Assembly (NCBI GenBank): GCA_965261595.1
Contig: CBDHDG010000006.1
Location: forward strand, 640,001 to 704,000
Reading direction: 5' to 3'
Origin: a bacterium
GTDB lineage: Bacteria > UBA8248 > JACPRG01 > G963555815
DNA: 64,000 nucleotides
How positions within the stretch are numbered: the first letter of the stretch is position 1; each line of letters begins with the position of its first letter. The position numbers were made by a program, and so were the translations under genes. Under the pieces are notes generated by a model that saw only the letters and a program-made list of their open reading frames with translations, did not search any database and was not told where the DNA came from. Below are positions 1 through 9,192 of this stretch, in pieces.

Positions 1-464
1 CGCGGGAATTCGCCCGGCACGCCTCGGAGGTGGTCGCCCGCTCCGCTCGGGCGGCGGGACGGGATGGAAAGGACGTCGACCTCGCGATACAGGCGCACCT
101 GGCGATCACCGACGACGCGGCCGGGGCCGTCGAGAGCCTCAAGCGGGCCTGCCTCATGATGGCCGGCGGGGAATACTCTCTCGATCTGGTTCCGAAGTAC
201 GGCCTGACGCTGGAAGAAGTCAATCCACTGCGCGAGATGGTCCGCTCGGGCGACCTCGATAAGGCCGAGGGGCTCGTCACGGAAAGGATGGTGCGGGCCT
301 TCTCCGTCATCGGAACGGCGGAGGAATGCGTGTCCCAGGTCCGCGAGATGGCCGATGCCGGAGTTACTCACCTCATCGTTTCAAGCGGCGGGAAGTGGTC
401 GAACGAGGAGATCCTGGAGAACATCCGCCGCATCGGAAAGCACATCATCCCGCGCTTTCGGTGA
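1..464 (+). CDS. LLM-class (luciferase-like, possibly F420-dependent) oxidoreductase, C-terminal part
   Basis: Begins before the window; Mer-like C-terminus 'VRAFSVIGTAEECVSQVREMADAGVTHLIV...IGKHIIPRF'. Confidence 0.75.
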   Translation, partial: REFARHASEVVARSARAAGRDGKDVDLAIQAHLAITDDAAGAVESLKRACLMMAGGEYSLDLVPKYGLTLEEVNPLREMVRSGDLDKAEGLVTERMVRAFSVIGTAEECVSQVREMADAGVTHLIVSSGGKWSNEEILENIRRIGKHIIPRFR

Positions 465-516
465 TCCGGAAGCAAAGTCCGATCATTCTCAACAATGAAG
501 GGGGGGGGACGACTCC

Positions 517-1917
517 GTGACCGTAACCGAAGCGGCCGGGATCCGCGACCTCCGGTCGAGCCTGGAAATCCTCGAACGGGGCGGCCGGCTCCACCGGATC
601 GACCGGGCGGTCGACCTGGACCGCGAGCTGGGAACGGTGGCCTTCGAGGTGGAAAAACGCGGGATCGGCGCGGTCCTTTTCAACCAACCCGCCCGCGACC
701 CTTCCGGCCCCTACCACCCCGACGCCGCCGGCATCCCCGTCGTCGCCGGCGTTCTCAGCCACACCGAACAGGTGGGCCTCATCCTGGGGTGCGCGACGGA
801 CGATGTGGTGACCCGCCTCGCCTCGGCCATGGAGCGGCCACTCCGGCCCGTGGAGAGGAAGGACGCCCCTTTCCTGGAAAACGTCCTGCGCGACGAAGCC
901 GACCTCAACCGTCTTCCCATCCCCCGGCACACGGAGAAAGACGGCGGGGACCGGGACGGGCGGTTCATCAGCGGCGGCGTGGTCTTCGCCCGGGACCCCG
1001 AGACCGGCCAGGCCAACGCCTCCTTCCAGCGCTTCCAGCTTCAGGGCGCGCGCCGCACCGGGATCCAGATCAACAACTGGCGGCACCTCCTGACCTTTTA
1101 CGAAAAGGCCGAGGCCCGAAACGAGGCCCTGCCCATCGCCATCGCCCTGGGGACGGACCCGGTGGTGTCCATCGCGGCGGGGATCCGGACCGAGATCGAC
1201 GAAATGGAGTACGCCGGATCGCTGCGGGGCCGGCCGATGGAGATGACGCTCGCCCCGGCGACGGGCATTCCCGTCCCCTCGGAGACGGAGATCGTCATCG
1301 AAGGGGAGATCCCGCCGCACCACCGGGAGGCCGAAGGCCCCCTCGCCGAATTCACCGGCCATTACAGCGGGGTCTACCAGGCGCCCGTCTTCGAGGTGAG
1401 CGCGGTCTCCCACCGGACGAACCCCATCTTCCAAACCATCGTCCCGGCCTCCCTGGAGCACCGGAACCTGGGCGGCTCGCTTCCCCGGGAGCCCGTCCTC
1501 TACAAGTTTGTCAAGCACGTCGCGCCGAACGTCCGGAACGTCCACCTGCCGCCTTACGCGAGCGGGTTCATGGCGGTCATCTCGCTGAAACCGGAGCATC
1601 CCGGCCAGCCCAAGAACGTGGCCCTGGCCGCTATGACCAGCCACGTGAACATCAAGGTCGTCGTCGTGGTCGATCAGGACGTGGACATCTTCAACCCGAT
1701 GGAAATCCTCTGGTGCCTGTCCACCCGCGTGGACGCCCGCCGGGACCTGTTCACCGTGCCGTATTCGCAGGGACACGAGATGGACCCCTCGACCGAGGCC
1801 GGGGGGATCGCGACGAAGGTGGGGATCGACGCCACGCTCAACCCGCGCGGCCGGGAATCCCTGGAAAAGGTCACGTATCCGCCGATCGACCTGTCGAAGT
1901 ACTTGGGAGGTTCTTAA
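517..1917 (+). CDS. UbiD-family (prFMN-dependent) decarboxylase
   Basis: 466 aa; motifs 'PIPRHTEKDGG', 'EGPLAEFTGHY', 'VVVVDQDVDIFNPMEILWCLSTRV', 'TKVGIDAT'. Confidence 0.92.
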   Translation: MTVTEAAGIRDLRSSLEILERGGRLHRIDRAVDLDRELGTVAFEVEKRGIGAVLFNQPARDPSGPYHPDAAGIPVVAGVLSHTEQVGLILGCATDDVVTRLASAMERPLRPVERKDAPFLENVLRDEADLNRLPIPRHTEKDGGDRDGRFISGGVVFARDPETGQANASFQRFQLQGARRTGIQINNWRHLLTFYEKAEARNEALPIAIALGTDPVVSIAAGIRTEIDEMEYAGSLRGRPMEMTLAPATGIPVPSETEIVIEGEIPPHHREAEGPLAEFTGHYSGVYQAPVFEVSAVSHRTNPIFQTIVPASLEHRNLGGSLPREPVLYKFVKHVAPNVRNVHLPPYASGFMAVISLKPEHPGQPKNVALAAMTSHVNIKVVVVVDQDVDIFNPMEILWCLSTRVDARRDLFTVPYSQGHEMDPSTEAGGIATKVGIDATLNPRGRESLEKVTYPPIDLSKYLGGS

Positions 1918-1967
1918 ACGTCACCACCTCTGGGGGGCTTCTTGAAAGACGCCCCCCACACTCCCTG

Positions 1968-2020
1968 GTAGGGCGGGCTTCCAGCCCGCCATCCGATGGC
2001 GGCCAAGATGGCCGCCCTAC
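1968..2020. repeat. GTAG-type REP pair (REPIN-like)
   Basis: GTAGGGCGGGCTTCCAGCCCGCC-N7-GGCGGCCAAGATGGCCGCCCTAC, two inverted hairpin units. Confidence 0.75.
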
Positions 2021-2187
2021 CACTTGGTCAAGCCTAAAGGCTTGGCCGAAGCGCGACTGTGGGCGAAACGGCTGACTATCGGCCTTGCCGCGCGGGACGC
2101 TTCTTTGGCCGTCCTCCGAGGGACGGGATGAAGGGTCCACCGACCCGATGGAAGCGCCCCCCGCTTTCCTCCGCACAGGAGCATTCC

Positions 2188-3537
2188 ATGGAAGCCGTTG
2201 ACGTTCTGATTCGCGACGGGATTGTGGTCACACTGGACGACCAAGACAACATCCTTCGCGGCTCCGTGGCTGTCCGGGACGACCGGATCGTCGCGGTCGG
2301 AACCACCGAGGAGCAGGACGCGGCGGTGGAAGCCGGGAAGACCCTGGACGCCCGCGAGCGAATCGTCCTGCCCGGCCTCATCGACATGCACAACCACCTC
2401 CGGGACCTGGCGCCCGGCCTCTCCATCGGGCAGGGGCTCAAGCTGGACGACTACCTCCGGGCCGGCTGGGAGATGCAGCAACACCTGACCGCGGAGGACT
2501 ACCATCTCGGGGCGACGCTGGGGGCTGTCCGGCTGCTCAAGGCCGGCGTCACCACCGTCGTGGACCACTGCTATCCCTTCCACCTGCCGGGGCTGGAGGA
2601 GGCGGTCCTGCGGGCCTTCGGCGACACCGGCATCCGGGGGTGCCTGGCCCGGGGGATCATGACCAAGCCCTTCGAGCCCATCTGCGAGACGCGCGAGGAG
2701 GCCCTGAACCGCATCCGCCGGCTGGTCGATGACGGGAAGGTCCCGGCCGAGCGGCTCTTCATCGCGCCCGTCTCCTTCCGCCAAGCTCTCCCCGACGACT
2801 ACCGGGAGGCCAGAAAGCTGGCCGACGAGCTGGGCGTCGGGACGTACACCCACATCGCCGAGACCACGCAGGAGGTCGAGGGCATCATCAAGGAATACGG
2901 CGAGCGCCCCATTCACTTCCTACACGAATTGGGCTTCTCCGGACCCGGGACCGTCCTCGTCCACTGCGTCCTGCTGGACGACTCGGAGATCGAGCGCCTG
3001 GCGGAGACCCGGACGACCGTCGTCCACTGTCCCTCGAACCACATGAAGCTGGCCAAGGGGATCACGCGCGTGCCGGACCTGCTGAAGGCCGGGGTGAACA
3101 TGACGCTGGGCGTGGACTTGATGGAGAACCTGTGGGTCGAGATGCGCAACGAGCTTCAGCTTCAGAGCATCGCCAACCTGAACCCCCAGGCCGTCCCCCC
3201 GATGGCCCCGCTGCACATGGCGACGCGCAACGGCGCGCGGGCGTTGGGGATGGAAGGCGAGCTGGGCGTGCTCAAGGCCGGGGCCAAGGCCGACATCACC
3301 ATGGTGGACATCGGCGGCGCCTCCGCCCACCCCTTCATCGACGCCGTGAATCATCTGCTTTGGCGGACCGAAGCGGCCGACGTCAGGACCGTTCTGGTGG
3401 ACGGGAAGATCGTCCTGGACGACGGGAAGCTCCAGACCCTCGACGAGGCCGAGACGCTCGACCGCATCGAAAAAGCCGCCCACGCCTACATCCGCCGGGC
3501 GGGGAAAGAGGGTTTGGTTCCGGATTACGCGCGGTGA
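2188..3537 (+). CDS. Amidohydrolase family protein (MtaD/SsnA-like deaminase)
   Basis: 'LPGLIDMHNH', 'HIAET', 'VHC', 'HCPSNHMKLAKG', 'GAKADI'; ATG 2188 after CAGGAG. Confidence 0.88.
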   Translation: MEAVDVLIRDGIVVTLDDQDNILRGSVAVRDDRIVAVGTTEEQDAAVEAGKTLDARERIVLPGLIDMHNHLRDLAPGLSIGQGLKLDDYLRAGWEMQQHLTAEDYHLGATLGAVRLLKAGVTTVVDHCYPFHLPGLEEAVLRAFGDTGIRGCLARGIMTKPFEPICETREEALNRIRRLVDDGKVPAERLFIAPVSFRQALPDDYREARKLADELGVGTYTHIAETTQEVEGIIKEYGERPIHFLHELGFSGPGTVLVHCVLLDDSEIERLAETRTTVVHCPSNHMKLAKGITRVPDLLKAGVNMTLGVDLMENLWVEMRNELQLQSIANLNPQAVPPMAPLHMATRNGARALGMEGELGVLKAGAKADITMVDIGGASAHPFIDAVNHLLWRTEAADVRTVLVDGKIVLDDGKLQTLDEAETLDRIEKAAHAYIRRAGKEGLVPDYAR

Positions 3538-3538
3538 A
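3452..3538 (+). repeat. Direct repeat copy 1 (3' end of amidohydrolase gene)
   Basis: 87 bp, about 5 mismatches to 5728-5814. Confidence 0.9.
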
Positions 3539-3626
3539 TTTCTTTCTGTTTAACAGGGTGTTGTATGATTTCGTGTTAGAATTTATGCGGTGTTGGTTTT
3601 CTAGCCGGTTGCGGAGCGGCTATCCG

Positions 3627-3753
3627 TGTCATTCCGAGTGTAGCGAGGAATCGCGCTCGCTTGAAATTTCTTCCAACCTTCTGCAAAAACAAGGGAGTTC
3701 TGGCTTGAGCAGATTCCTCACTGCGGGTCGGTTGACCTTCGGTCGGAATAACA
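3627..3753. repeat. Palindromic TGTCATT...AATAACA element (MITE/REP-like)
   Basis: Inverted ends TGTCATTCCGAG...CGGAATAACA; related element at 40962-41125. Confidence 0.65.
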
Positions 3754-3878
3754 GATTGAGAGTGATTGACGCCCTGCAAGGGGTCTATTGACAGAGTTTT
3801 CCGCAATCTGCCGGGTAGGTTTCTGACAAAAGAACGGTTACGAGAATCGAGCCGGAAACCAGGAAAAAGGATTTCGAA

Positions 3879-4649
3879 TTGCCGAGAAGAGCGGTCACGG
3901 CGAAGGAATTACGCGAATACGTTCGCATAGAACAAGATCCGCGGGAACTCCCGGCTTACGGGATTGCCGAAGCGGCTCACTTTCTCTACATGCCCCCCTC
4001 GACTCTCCGGTATTGGGTCAGAGATCAAAAACACCCGCGTCATCCGAACAGAACAACTTCCAAACCGATTATCATTCTGCCTGATGAGGAATACCCACTC
4101 CTATCCTTCGTCAATTTGGTGGAAGCCCACGTTTTAGACGCATTTCGCCGCGCACATAGGCTGCCGTTACAAACCATGCGCAAGGCCCTCGATTTTTTGG
4201 AAGCCCATTTAAAATCCAAATACCCTTTGGCTGAAGAACAGTTTGAAACTGACGGGATTGATCTTTTCATACACAGGTTTGACCAATTGATTAACCTTTC
4301 CAGAGAAGGTCAGTTGACCATAAAGGGCTTCGTGACATCTTATCTACGCCGAATTGAGCGGGACCCTTCGGGTTTACCCATCAGACTCTACCCGTTCACG
4401 AGAAAGCGGAAACCCGACGAGCAAATGAGAGGACATCTCGAAGGAGAGTTGGAGCCAAAGCTCATTGTGATAGACCCTTCGATTTCGTTCGGCCGGCCGG
4501 TATTGACAGGCACACGGATTCCGACAGCGATCATTGCGGAACGTTGGAAAGCAGGTGAGTCCATCGATGAGCTGGCGAAAGATTATCAGCGTGGGCAAGA
4601 TGAGATAGAAGAAGCAATTCGCTGTGAACACCCCGCCAAAGCCGCCTGA
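3879..4649 (+). CDS. VapB45-like antitoxin (HTH + DUF433)
   Basis: 'YGIAEAAHFL..PPSTLRYW', 'LSFVNLVEAHVL', DUF433 'IDPSISFGRPVLTGTRIPT...GESIDELAKDY'. Confidence 0.88.
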   Translation: MPRRAVTAKELREYVRIEQDPRELPAYGIAEAAHFLYMPPSTLRYWVRDQKHPRHPNRTTSKPIIILPDEEYPLLSFVNLVEAHVLDAFRRAHRLPLQTMRKALDFLEAHLKSKYPLAEEQFETDGIDLFIHRFDQLINLSREGQLTIKGFVTSYLRRIERDPSGLPIRLYPFTRKRKPDEQMRGHLEGELEPKLIVIDPSISFGRPVLTGTRIPTAIIAERWKAGESIDELAKDYQRGQDEIEEAIRCEHPAKAA

Positions 4650-5058
4650 CCCTCCGATATTCTTTATTGATCATAGCCTCGGAACAATCACGATCGCCGA
4701 TGCCATTCGCGATGCGGGCGAGGAAATCCGCATTCTCAGGGAACACTTCCCTGAAAATATAAGGGATCGCGATCTACTAAAAAAGATCGGTGAAAGAAGA
4801 TGGGTGTTCCTGACAAAGGATGAAAGAATACGGTACAGGAGCGTAGAGCAAGCGGCATTGGTGGAAGCGAGCGTCGGTGCGTTCGTCCTGACATCAGGAA
4901 ACCTCTCGGCATCTGAGATGGCTCATGCATTTGTCAAGGCAATCCCCGCCATGAAGCGCTTCATGAGCCGTATTCCCCCACCGTTCATCGCGAGGGTTAC
5001 GAGAACTGGACGGGTCGAAGCGATTTATCCTGAGAAGAAGTCCAAGCGCCCGACCTGA
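4624..5058 (+). CDS. VapC45-like PIN-domain toxin
   Basis: 'IFFIDHSLG', 'WVFLTKDERIRYR..E'; overlaps the DUF433 gene. Confidence 0.85.
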   Translation: MNTPPKPPDPPIFFIDHSLGTITIADAIRDAGEEIRILREHFPENIRDRDLLKKIGERRWVFLTKDERIRYRSVEQAALVEASVGAFVLTSGNLSASEMAHAFVKAIPAMKRFMSRIPPPFIARVTRTGRVEAIYPEKKSKRPT

Positions 5059-5159
5059 GGACCGGGCTTCTTGTAAAGGTTCCTTTCAAATCCGGAAAGA
5101 CCTTGGCCCCGAAGACCAACACTTCGATCTTAAAGCAGGCTCGAATTGAGAATGTGTAG
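5058..5159 (+). pseudogene. hicA: C-terminal remnant of HicA toxin
   Basis: Reads RTGLLVKVPFKSGKTLAPKTNTSILKQARIENV*, like the HicA end (VP...L..GT..SILKQA); no start; 12 bp upstream of hicB. Confidence 0.65.
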
Positions 5160-5171
5160 GAGAAGAGGAAG

Positions 5172-5681
5172 ATGAGGTATCCGGTCATCCTGGAGCCGGC
5201 GCCCGAAGGCGGATATAGCGTGATGGTTCCCGACCTGCCCGGCTGCTTTTCTCACGGCGACACTTATGAGGAGGCCGTCGATCACGCGAGAGAAGCCATC
5301 GAGCTTCACCTGTTCAGCCTGCAAGAGGAAGGCCTCAAGGCTCCGTCTCCGAGGACGGTCAAAGAGATTCGCGAAAAAGGGAATCCGGAATTCGAGTACG
5401 CCCTTGTGCAAATCGACCTCGCCCGGCTGGGGAAGGGTGTGCGTCGCGTCAAGACCCGCCGGATTCAGGTGACGATGCCGCCTCAGTTGCTGGCCGCCAT
5501 TGAAGAACAACGCCATCAGCGCGGGATGGACCGGAGCAAATGGCTTCAAGAAGCCGCTTGGCTCAGACTAAAAAAGGAAAAATGGACAGGCGCTTTCAAG
5601 AATAAGAAAACCCGTGTTGCCGGCCAGAAGGTCCGCTCAAAGAAAAAGGAGCGATCCGGGACCACCCCCGCAAAGAGCTGA
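5172..5681 (+). CDS. hicB: HicB-family antitoxin with C-terminal RHH
   Basis: 'YPVILEPAPEGGYSVMVPDLPGCFSHGDTYEEAVDHAREAI'; RHH 'RIQVTMPPQLLAAIE...DRSKWLQEAA'. Confidence 0.9.
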   Translation: MRYPVILEPAPEGGYSVMVPDLPGCFSHGDTYEEAVDHAREAIELHLFSLQEEGLKAPSPRTVKEIREKGNPEFEYALVQIDLARLGKGVRRVKTRRIQVTMPPQLLAAIEEQRHQRGMDRSKWLQEAAWLRLKKEKWTGAFKNKKTRVAGQKVRSKKKERSGTTPAKS

Positions 5682-5727
5682 CGGATCCCCGAGCGACAGT
5701 TGTCATAAAGCAGCAGCAACGACATTT

Positions 5728-5814
5728 AGACGCTCGATCGCATCGAAAAAGCCGCCCACGCCTACATCCGCCGGACGGGGAAAGAGGATTTGATCCCGGA
5801 TTACGCGCGGTGAA
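5728..5814 (+). repeat. Direct repeat copy 2 (duplicated amidohydrolase 3' end)
   Basis: AGACGCTCGATCGCATCGAAAAAGCCGCC...GCGCGGTGAA matches 3452-3538. Confidence 0.9.
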
Positions 5815-5939
5815 CTTGAAAAGAAACGTTCGCTTGACCCACGTCCCTGAACAAAGGCCGGTCCATTGATTCGCCGGGGCGGAGTCCGGCCGGCTCCGCC
5901 TCCCCGGCTGAGTTCGAGGAGGCGGGACCGGCGGAATTC

Positions 5940-6452
5940 CTACAGACTCCTGCCTCGGTGACCCCACCCCCTCTTTCCTGAAAAACCGCCCGCGTGGCGC
6001 GAAAACATCCGGCGGATGAAGGGCTTGGCCTTTTTTCTTTGCTCGGGGGTCAAGACTTCCCGGATCTGGAAGAAGGCGTCCATCCGGTTGCGGATCATTT
6101 TCTCCGTGGCCTGAGCGATTTGACTGACTTTTCCGTCGACCTTCCCTTTGTCCACCTCATCCTGCGTCAGGAGCTCGGCCAGCTCGATTCCGGCCACCCG
6201 AACGTCCGCGCGTGCTTTGACGGCTTTCTTTCTGGCTTGCGTCATGAGGGCCGCGATTTTGTCGGCCTGCTCGTCCGTGAGGCCGAGCTTCTCGCTCAAC
6301 CGGCTGAAGCGATTTCCGAAACCTCCTCCGCCTCTCCGCCCATAGGCGTTCCGGTAGCCCCGATCCGATTCGGCAAGCGTGACCCGGGCGACGACGCCTC
6401 CGGCGAGCAGGAGCGTCAGGGCCAGGATGATCCATTTTGCGGCTTTCTTCAT
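5940..6452 (-). CDS. Spy/CpxP/ZraP-family periplasmic protein
   Basis: Signal peptide MKKAAKWIILAL; LTXXQ motifs 'LGLTDEQ' and 'VLTPEQR'. Confidence 0.85.
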   Translation of the reverse strand: MKKAAKWIILALTLLLAGGVVARVTLAESDRGYRNAYGRRGGGGFGNRFSRLSEKLGLTDEQADKIAALMTQARKKAVKARADVRVAGIELAELLTQDEVDKGKVDGKVSQIAQATEKMIRNRMDAFFQIREVLTPEQRKKAKPFIRRMFSRHAGGFSGKRGWGHRGRSL

Positions 6453-6708
6453 TGTTTGCTTTTCCTTCCAGTCCATGGGTGAATAAGGTTGTCGCAGGGT
6501 GGAACCGACGCGCCGGTGCTAAAGCAGGAAGGTGACCCAGCCGGCGAGCCCCCCCACAACGAAGAGGGCGAAGAGCGCCTTCCCCCAAATTCCGCATCGA
6601 CCCATTCCACACTTCCTTTCCCCGTCTCTTTTCACGCCTTGCTCTTCTTTCATGCTCGGTCCTCCTTCCGGGCCGCCCGGTTCAACTCCATTCCCTCAAT
6701 CGGAAAAT

Positions 6709-6733
6709 CACCCATTAGACAAAAGGGGGTTCC
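6709..6733 (-). promoter_or_regulatory. Conserved motif upstream of Spy-like gene (candidate ECF promoter or operator)
   Basis: Minus strand GGAACCCCCTTTTGTCTAATGGGTG; 20/25 identical to 8601-8625. Confidence 0.55.
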
Positions 6734-6873
6734 ATCGGGCGCGAACGAAAGGCTTCGGGATGAGCCAAACGGTGGACGCGGCTCAGAGGAAAGAGCGGTG
6801 GACTGATTTCATCGGGAGGAAAGCGGGCGAACGTCGGCGGCGCCTGGCGGGGGGGAGGGGGAGGGGGGGGATG

Positions 6874-7281
6874 TCAATGGCCCCAGCGTCTTCGGCGGCC
6901 CCGGCGGCCTCCCCGGCGATGCCGCCTCTCGCGGAATTTCTTGATGAGTCTCTCGAATTTTCGGTCCTGTTCCGGATTCAAGACGGGGCGAATCCGCTCG
7001 CCGCCCTTTTCCAGAACCCGGTCTATCTTCCGGAACGCTTCCGCGCGGACATCGCCCAATTCCTTCCAGGTCGTCCGGAGGACGGGGGCGATTTCCGCCC
7101 GCTGGGCTTCGGAAAGATCGAGCTTCCGGGAGAGGAATCCGAGGATGCGCGCCTGCCTTTTCTCCGGGCCTCCTCTCCAACCCCCGCCCCAAAAGCCCAG
7201 GTAGGCCCGATCCAGAAGCACCCCGCCTCCCATCCCGAGCAGGAACACGCCGATCAACGCCCAAAGGGCCTTCCGCTTCAT
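6874..7281 (-). CDS. Membrane-anchored Spy/CpxP-like periplasmic sensor protein
   Basis: N-terminal TM 'LWALIGVFLLGMGGGV'; 'LDLSEAQ' and 'VLNPEQ' motifs; overlaps the anti-sigma stop. Confidence 0.75.
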   Translation of the reverse strand: MKRKALWALIGVFLLGMGGGVLLDRAYLGFWGGGWRGGPEKRQARILGFLSRKLDLSEAQRAEIAPVLRTTWKELGDVRAEAFRKIDRVLEKGGERIRPVLNPEQDRKFERLIKKFRERRHRRGGRRGRRRRWGH

Positions 7282-7736
7282 TCTTCCGTCGCTCCCGCCC
7301 ATTGGTTCAGGACCGCGTCCGGCTCGATCAGGCTGATGAGGGGAAAGTCGGACTCCTGAAGTCCCGCTCCGTCCCCCTCCCCCCCCACCGCCCCACGCCA
7401 GAAGGCCGCGCCGCCCAGGAGCAGCAAAATGAGCGCAAACGCGGGCGCCAGCCTGCGGGTCCACAGGAGGAGGACCTCGCTGAACGACTCGGACTGATCC
7501 AACCGTTTCTGGATCCTCGCCATCACCCCCGGCCAGAGCGAGTCCCGCAACACGGGCTCAGGCGCGGCGGCGAAGAACCGCTTCCAGAAAACCTCTTCTT
7601 TCAGAAGAGGCCGGCAGTCGGCGCACGAGCGGTGGTGCTCGGCGGCGTCCTCCGGCATCTCGCTATGGGATGCGGCCGGCCCTGCCTCCCCCTCCCCCTC
7701 CCGCTCCAGCCACGATTTGAAATCTTCACACTTCAT
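7278..7736 (-). CDS. Zinc-binding (zf-HC2) transmembrane anti-sigma factor
   Basis: MKC...'HHRSCADC' (HxxxCxxC), one TM helix, coupled to the ECF sigma. Confidence 0.85.
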   Translation of the reverse strand: MKCEDFKSWLEREGEGEAGPAASHSEMPEDAAEHHRSCADCRPLLKEEVFWKRFFAAAPEPVLRDSLWPGVMARIQKRLDQSESFSEVLLLWTRRLAPAFALILLLLGGAAFWRGAVGGEGDGAGLQESDFPLISLIEPDAVLNQWAGATEE

Positions 7737-8374
7737 GACCCGCCTCCTCCCCCCTCCCCCCGTCCCCCCCGTATGAATTCCGGGGCGTACGGTGAAAGCG
7801 CCTCGCGGAGCCTTTTTCGCGCCCGGGAATGCCTGGACTTGACCGTCCCGACGGAGCATTTCAGCACCCGGCTCACCTCCAGATAGGAAAGCCCCTCGAT
7901 ATCCTTGAGGGTCACGATAACGCGCATCCGGTCCGGCAGGCTTGCGACCGGCCGGCCCACCAGCTTCCGAAGAACCTCCGGGGGCCCGCCGGAAGGCTCT
8001 TCGGCCTCCAGGCCGGGTTGACCGACCCACCCGTCGAGCGCTTCGACGGCCTCTCCCTCTTCTCCCCGCGAGATCGCGTCATCGAGCGAGGCCCGCCGGG
8101 ATTCCTTCTTCATTTCGTCCCGAGCCCGGTTGACGGCGATCCGGTAGAGCCAAGTGCCGAAGGCCGCGTCCCCCCTGAACTTCTTCAGAGAAAAATAGGC
8201 CTTCACGAAAACCTCCTGGACAACGTCCTCGACGTTGCCGTGTCCATGCCCGATCAGGCCCGAAACCAGCCGGTGAATTCGGGCCTGGTAACGCTCGACC
8301 AGGAAGCGATAGGCCCGGGCGTCACCTTCCTTTGCCCACCGGACCGACCCCCGCTCCTCGTCCGCCTTCGCCAC
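7733..8374 (-). CDS. ECF sigma-70 factor (RpoE-like)
   Basis: Region 2 'EDVVQEVFVKAY...FGTWLYRIAVN'; region 4 'LKDIEGLSYLEVSRVL..SVGTVKSRHSRAR'; start uncertain. Confidence 0.92.
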   Translation of the reverse strand: MAKADEERGSVRWAKEGDARAYRFLVERYQARIHRLVSGLIGHGHGNVEDVVQEVFVKAYFSLKKFRGDAAFGTWLYRIAVNRARDEMKKESRRASLDDAISRGEEGEAVEALDGWVGQPGLEAEEPSGGPPEVLRKLVGRPVASLPDRMRVIVTLKDIEGLSYLEVSRVLKCSVGTVKSRHSRARKRLREALSPYAPEFIRGGRGEGGGGGS

Positions 8375-8600
8375 AACGGCAATGCCCTTCCTTCCGGCGC
8401 CTGCGTGCCGGCCAAACCGCGGATGAAGGCGCTCGCGCTCATCACAACTTGGCGGCGCACGCCACGTGTGAGTTGATCGACCGGGCGTCCTCTTTGGGGC
8501 AAGCGTCGTTCGGCCGATGCGAGACCTCCGTCGCTTAGCATCCGGAACAAAGGCCATCCAAGAGGAACCGAACCTCCTTGAGTCACTCAACAAACCGACA

Positions 8601-8625
8601 CACCCATTTGACGGTCGGGGGTTCC
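8601..8625 (-). promoter_or_regulatory. Conserved motif upstream of ECF sigma (candidate autoregulatory site)
   Basis: Minus strand GGAACCCCCGACCGTCAAATGGGTG, matches 6709-6733. Confidence 0.55.
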
Positions 8626-8702
8626 CTCCGCGGCGATGTCCGAGCAAAGAACGGAAAAAGGGGCCGTCTCGGGGGCCGTGAACGGCGGACCTTCGGGAGC
8701 AT

Positions 8703-9134
8703 TCAGGGCCTCTCGGATCGGGACCGCGCCCCTCCCCCTCCCCCCAGCCCTCTCAGGGATTTCTCCAGCCCCTTCAGGGACTTGCCAAGCCCTTTGAAAG
8801 ATTCGAGCTCAGGAAAAAGATCGGCCACAAGATCGGACTCCTTCTCGGTCAGCAAACGGAATCCAATCCGGACGCAATCCGTCTGGCTCCACCTTTTTTC
8901 TTTGATCTTGCTTCGGACCGCCATGGTGACAAAGGGCCCGGCCAGCGTTTTGAGCCGAGCGATCGCGGGATGCCGGACGGTCTCCCTGTCGATGGCCCTC
9001 CGGCTCGCCGCAACGGCCTCGACGGTCAGAATGTCGTACGGCAGGACGGATTGATAGCGGGTGTACACCATGATAATCGCTCCGCCCAGGACGAAACCCA
9101 GGAGCAGGGTCAGGACACTCTTCAAGGCGGTCAT
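8703..9134 (-). CDS. Hypothetical protein with N-terminal TM
   Basis: MTALKSVLTLLLGFVLGGAIIMVY; AAGGA upstream. Confidence 0.6.
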   Translation of the reverse strand: MTALKSVLTLLLGFVLGGAIIMVYTRYQSVLPYDILTVEAVAASRRAIDRETVRHPAIARLKTLAGPFVTMAVRSKIKEKRWSQTDCVRIGFRLLTEKESDLVADLFPELESFKGLGKSLKGLEKSLRGLGGGGGARSRSERP

Positions 9135-9192
9135 TCGAAGTTCCTTGGCCGGCGGCCCTCGAGGCGACGGGGGTCGGGTGGGGCCGGGGGGG

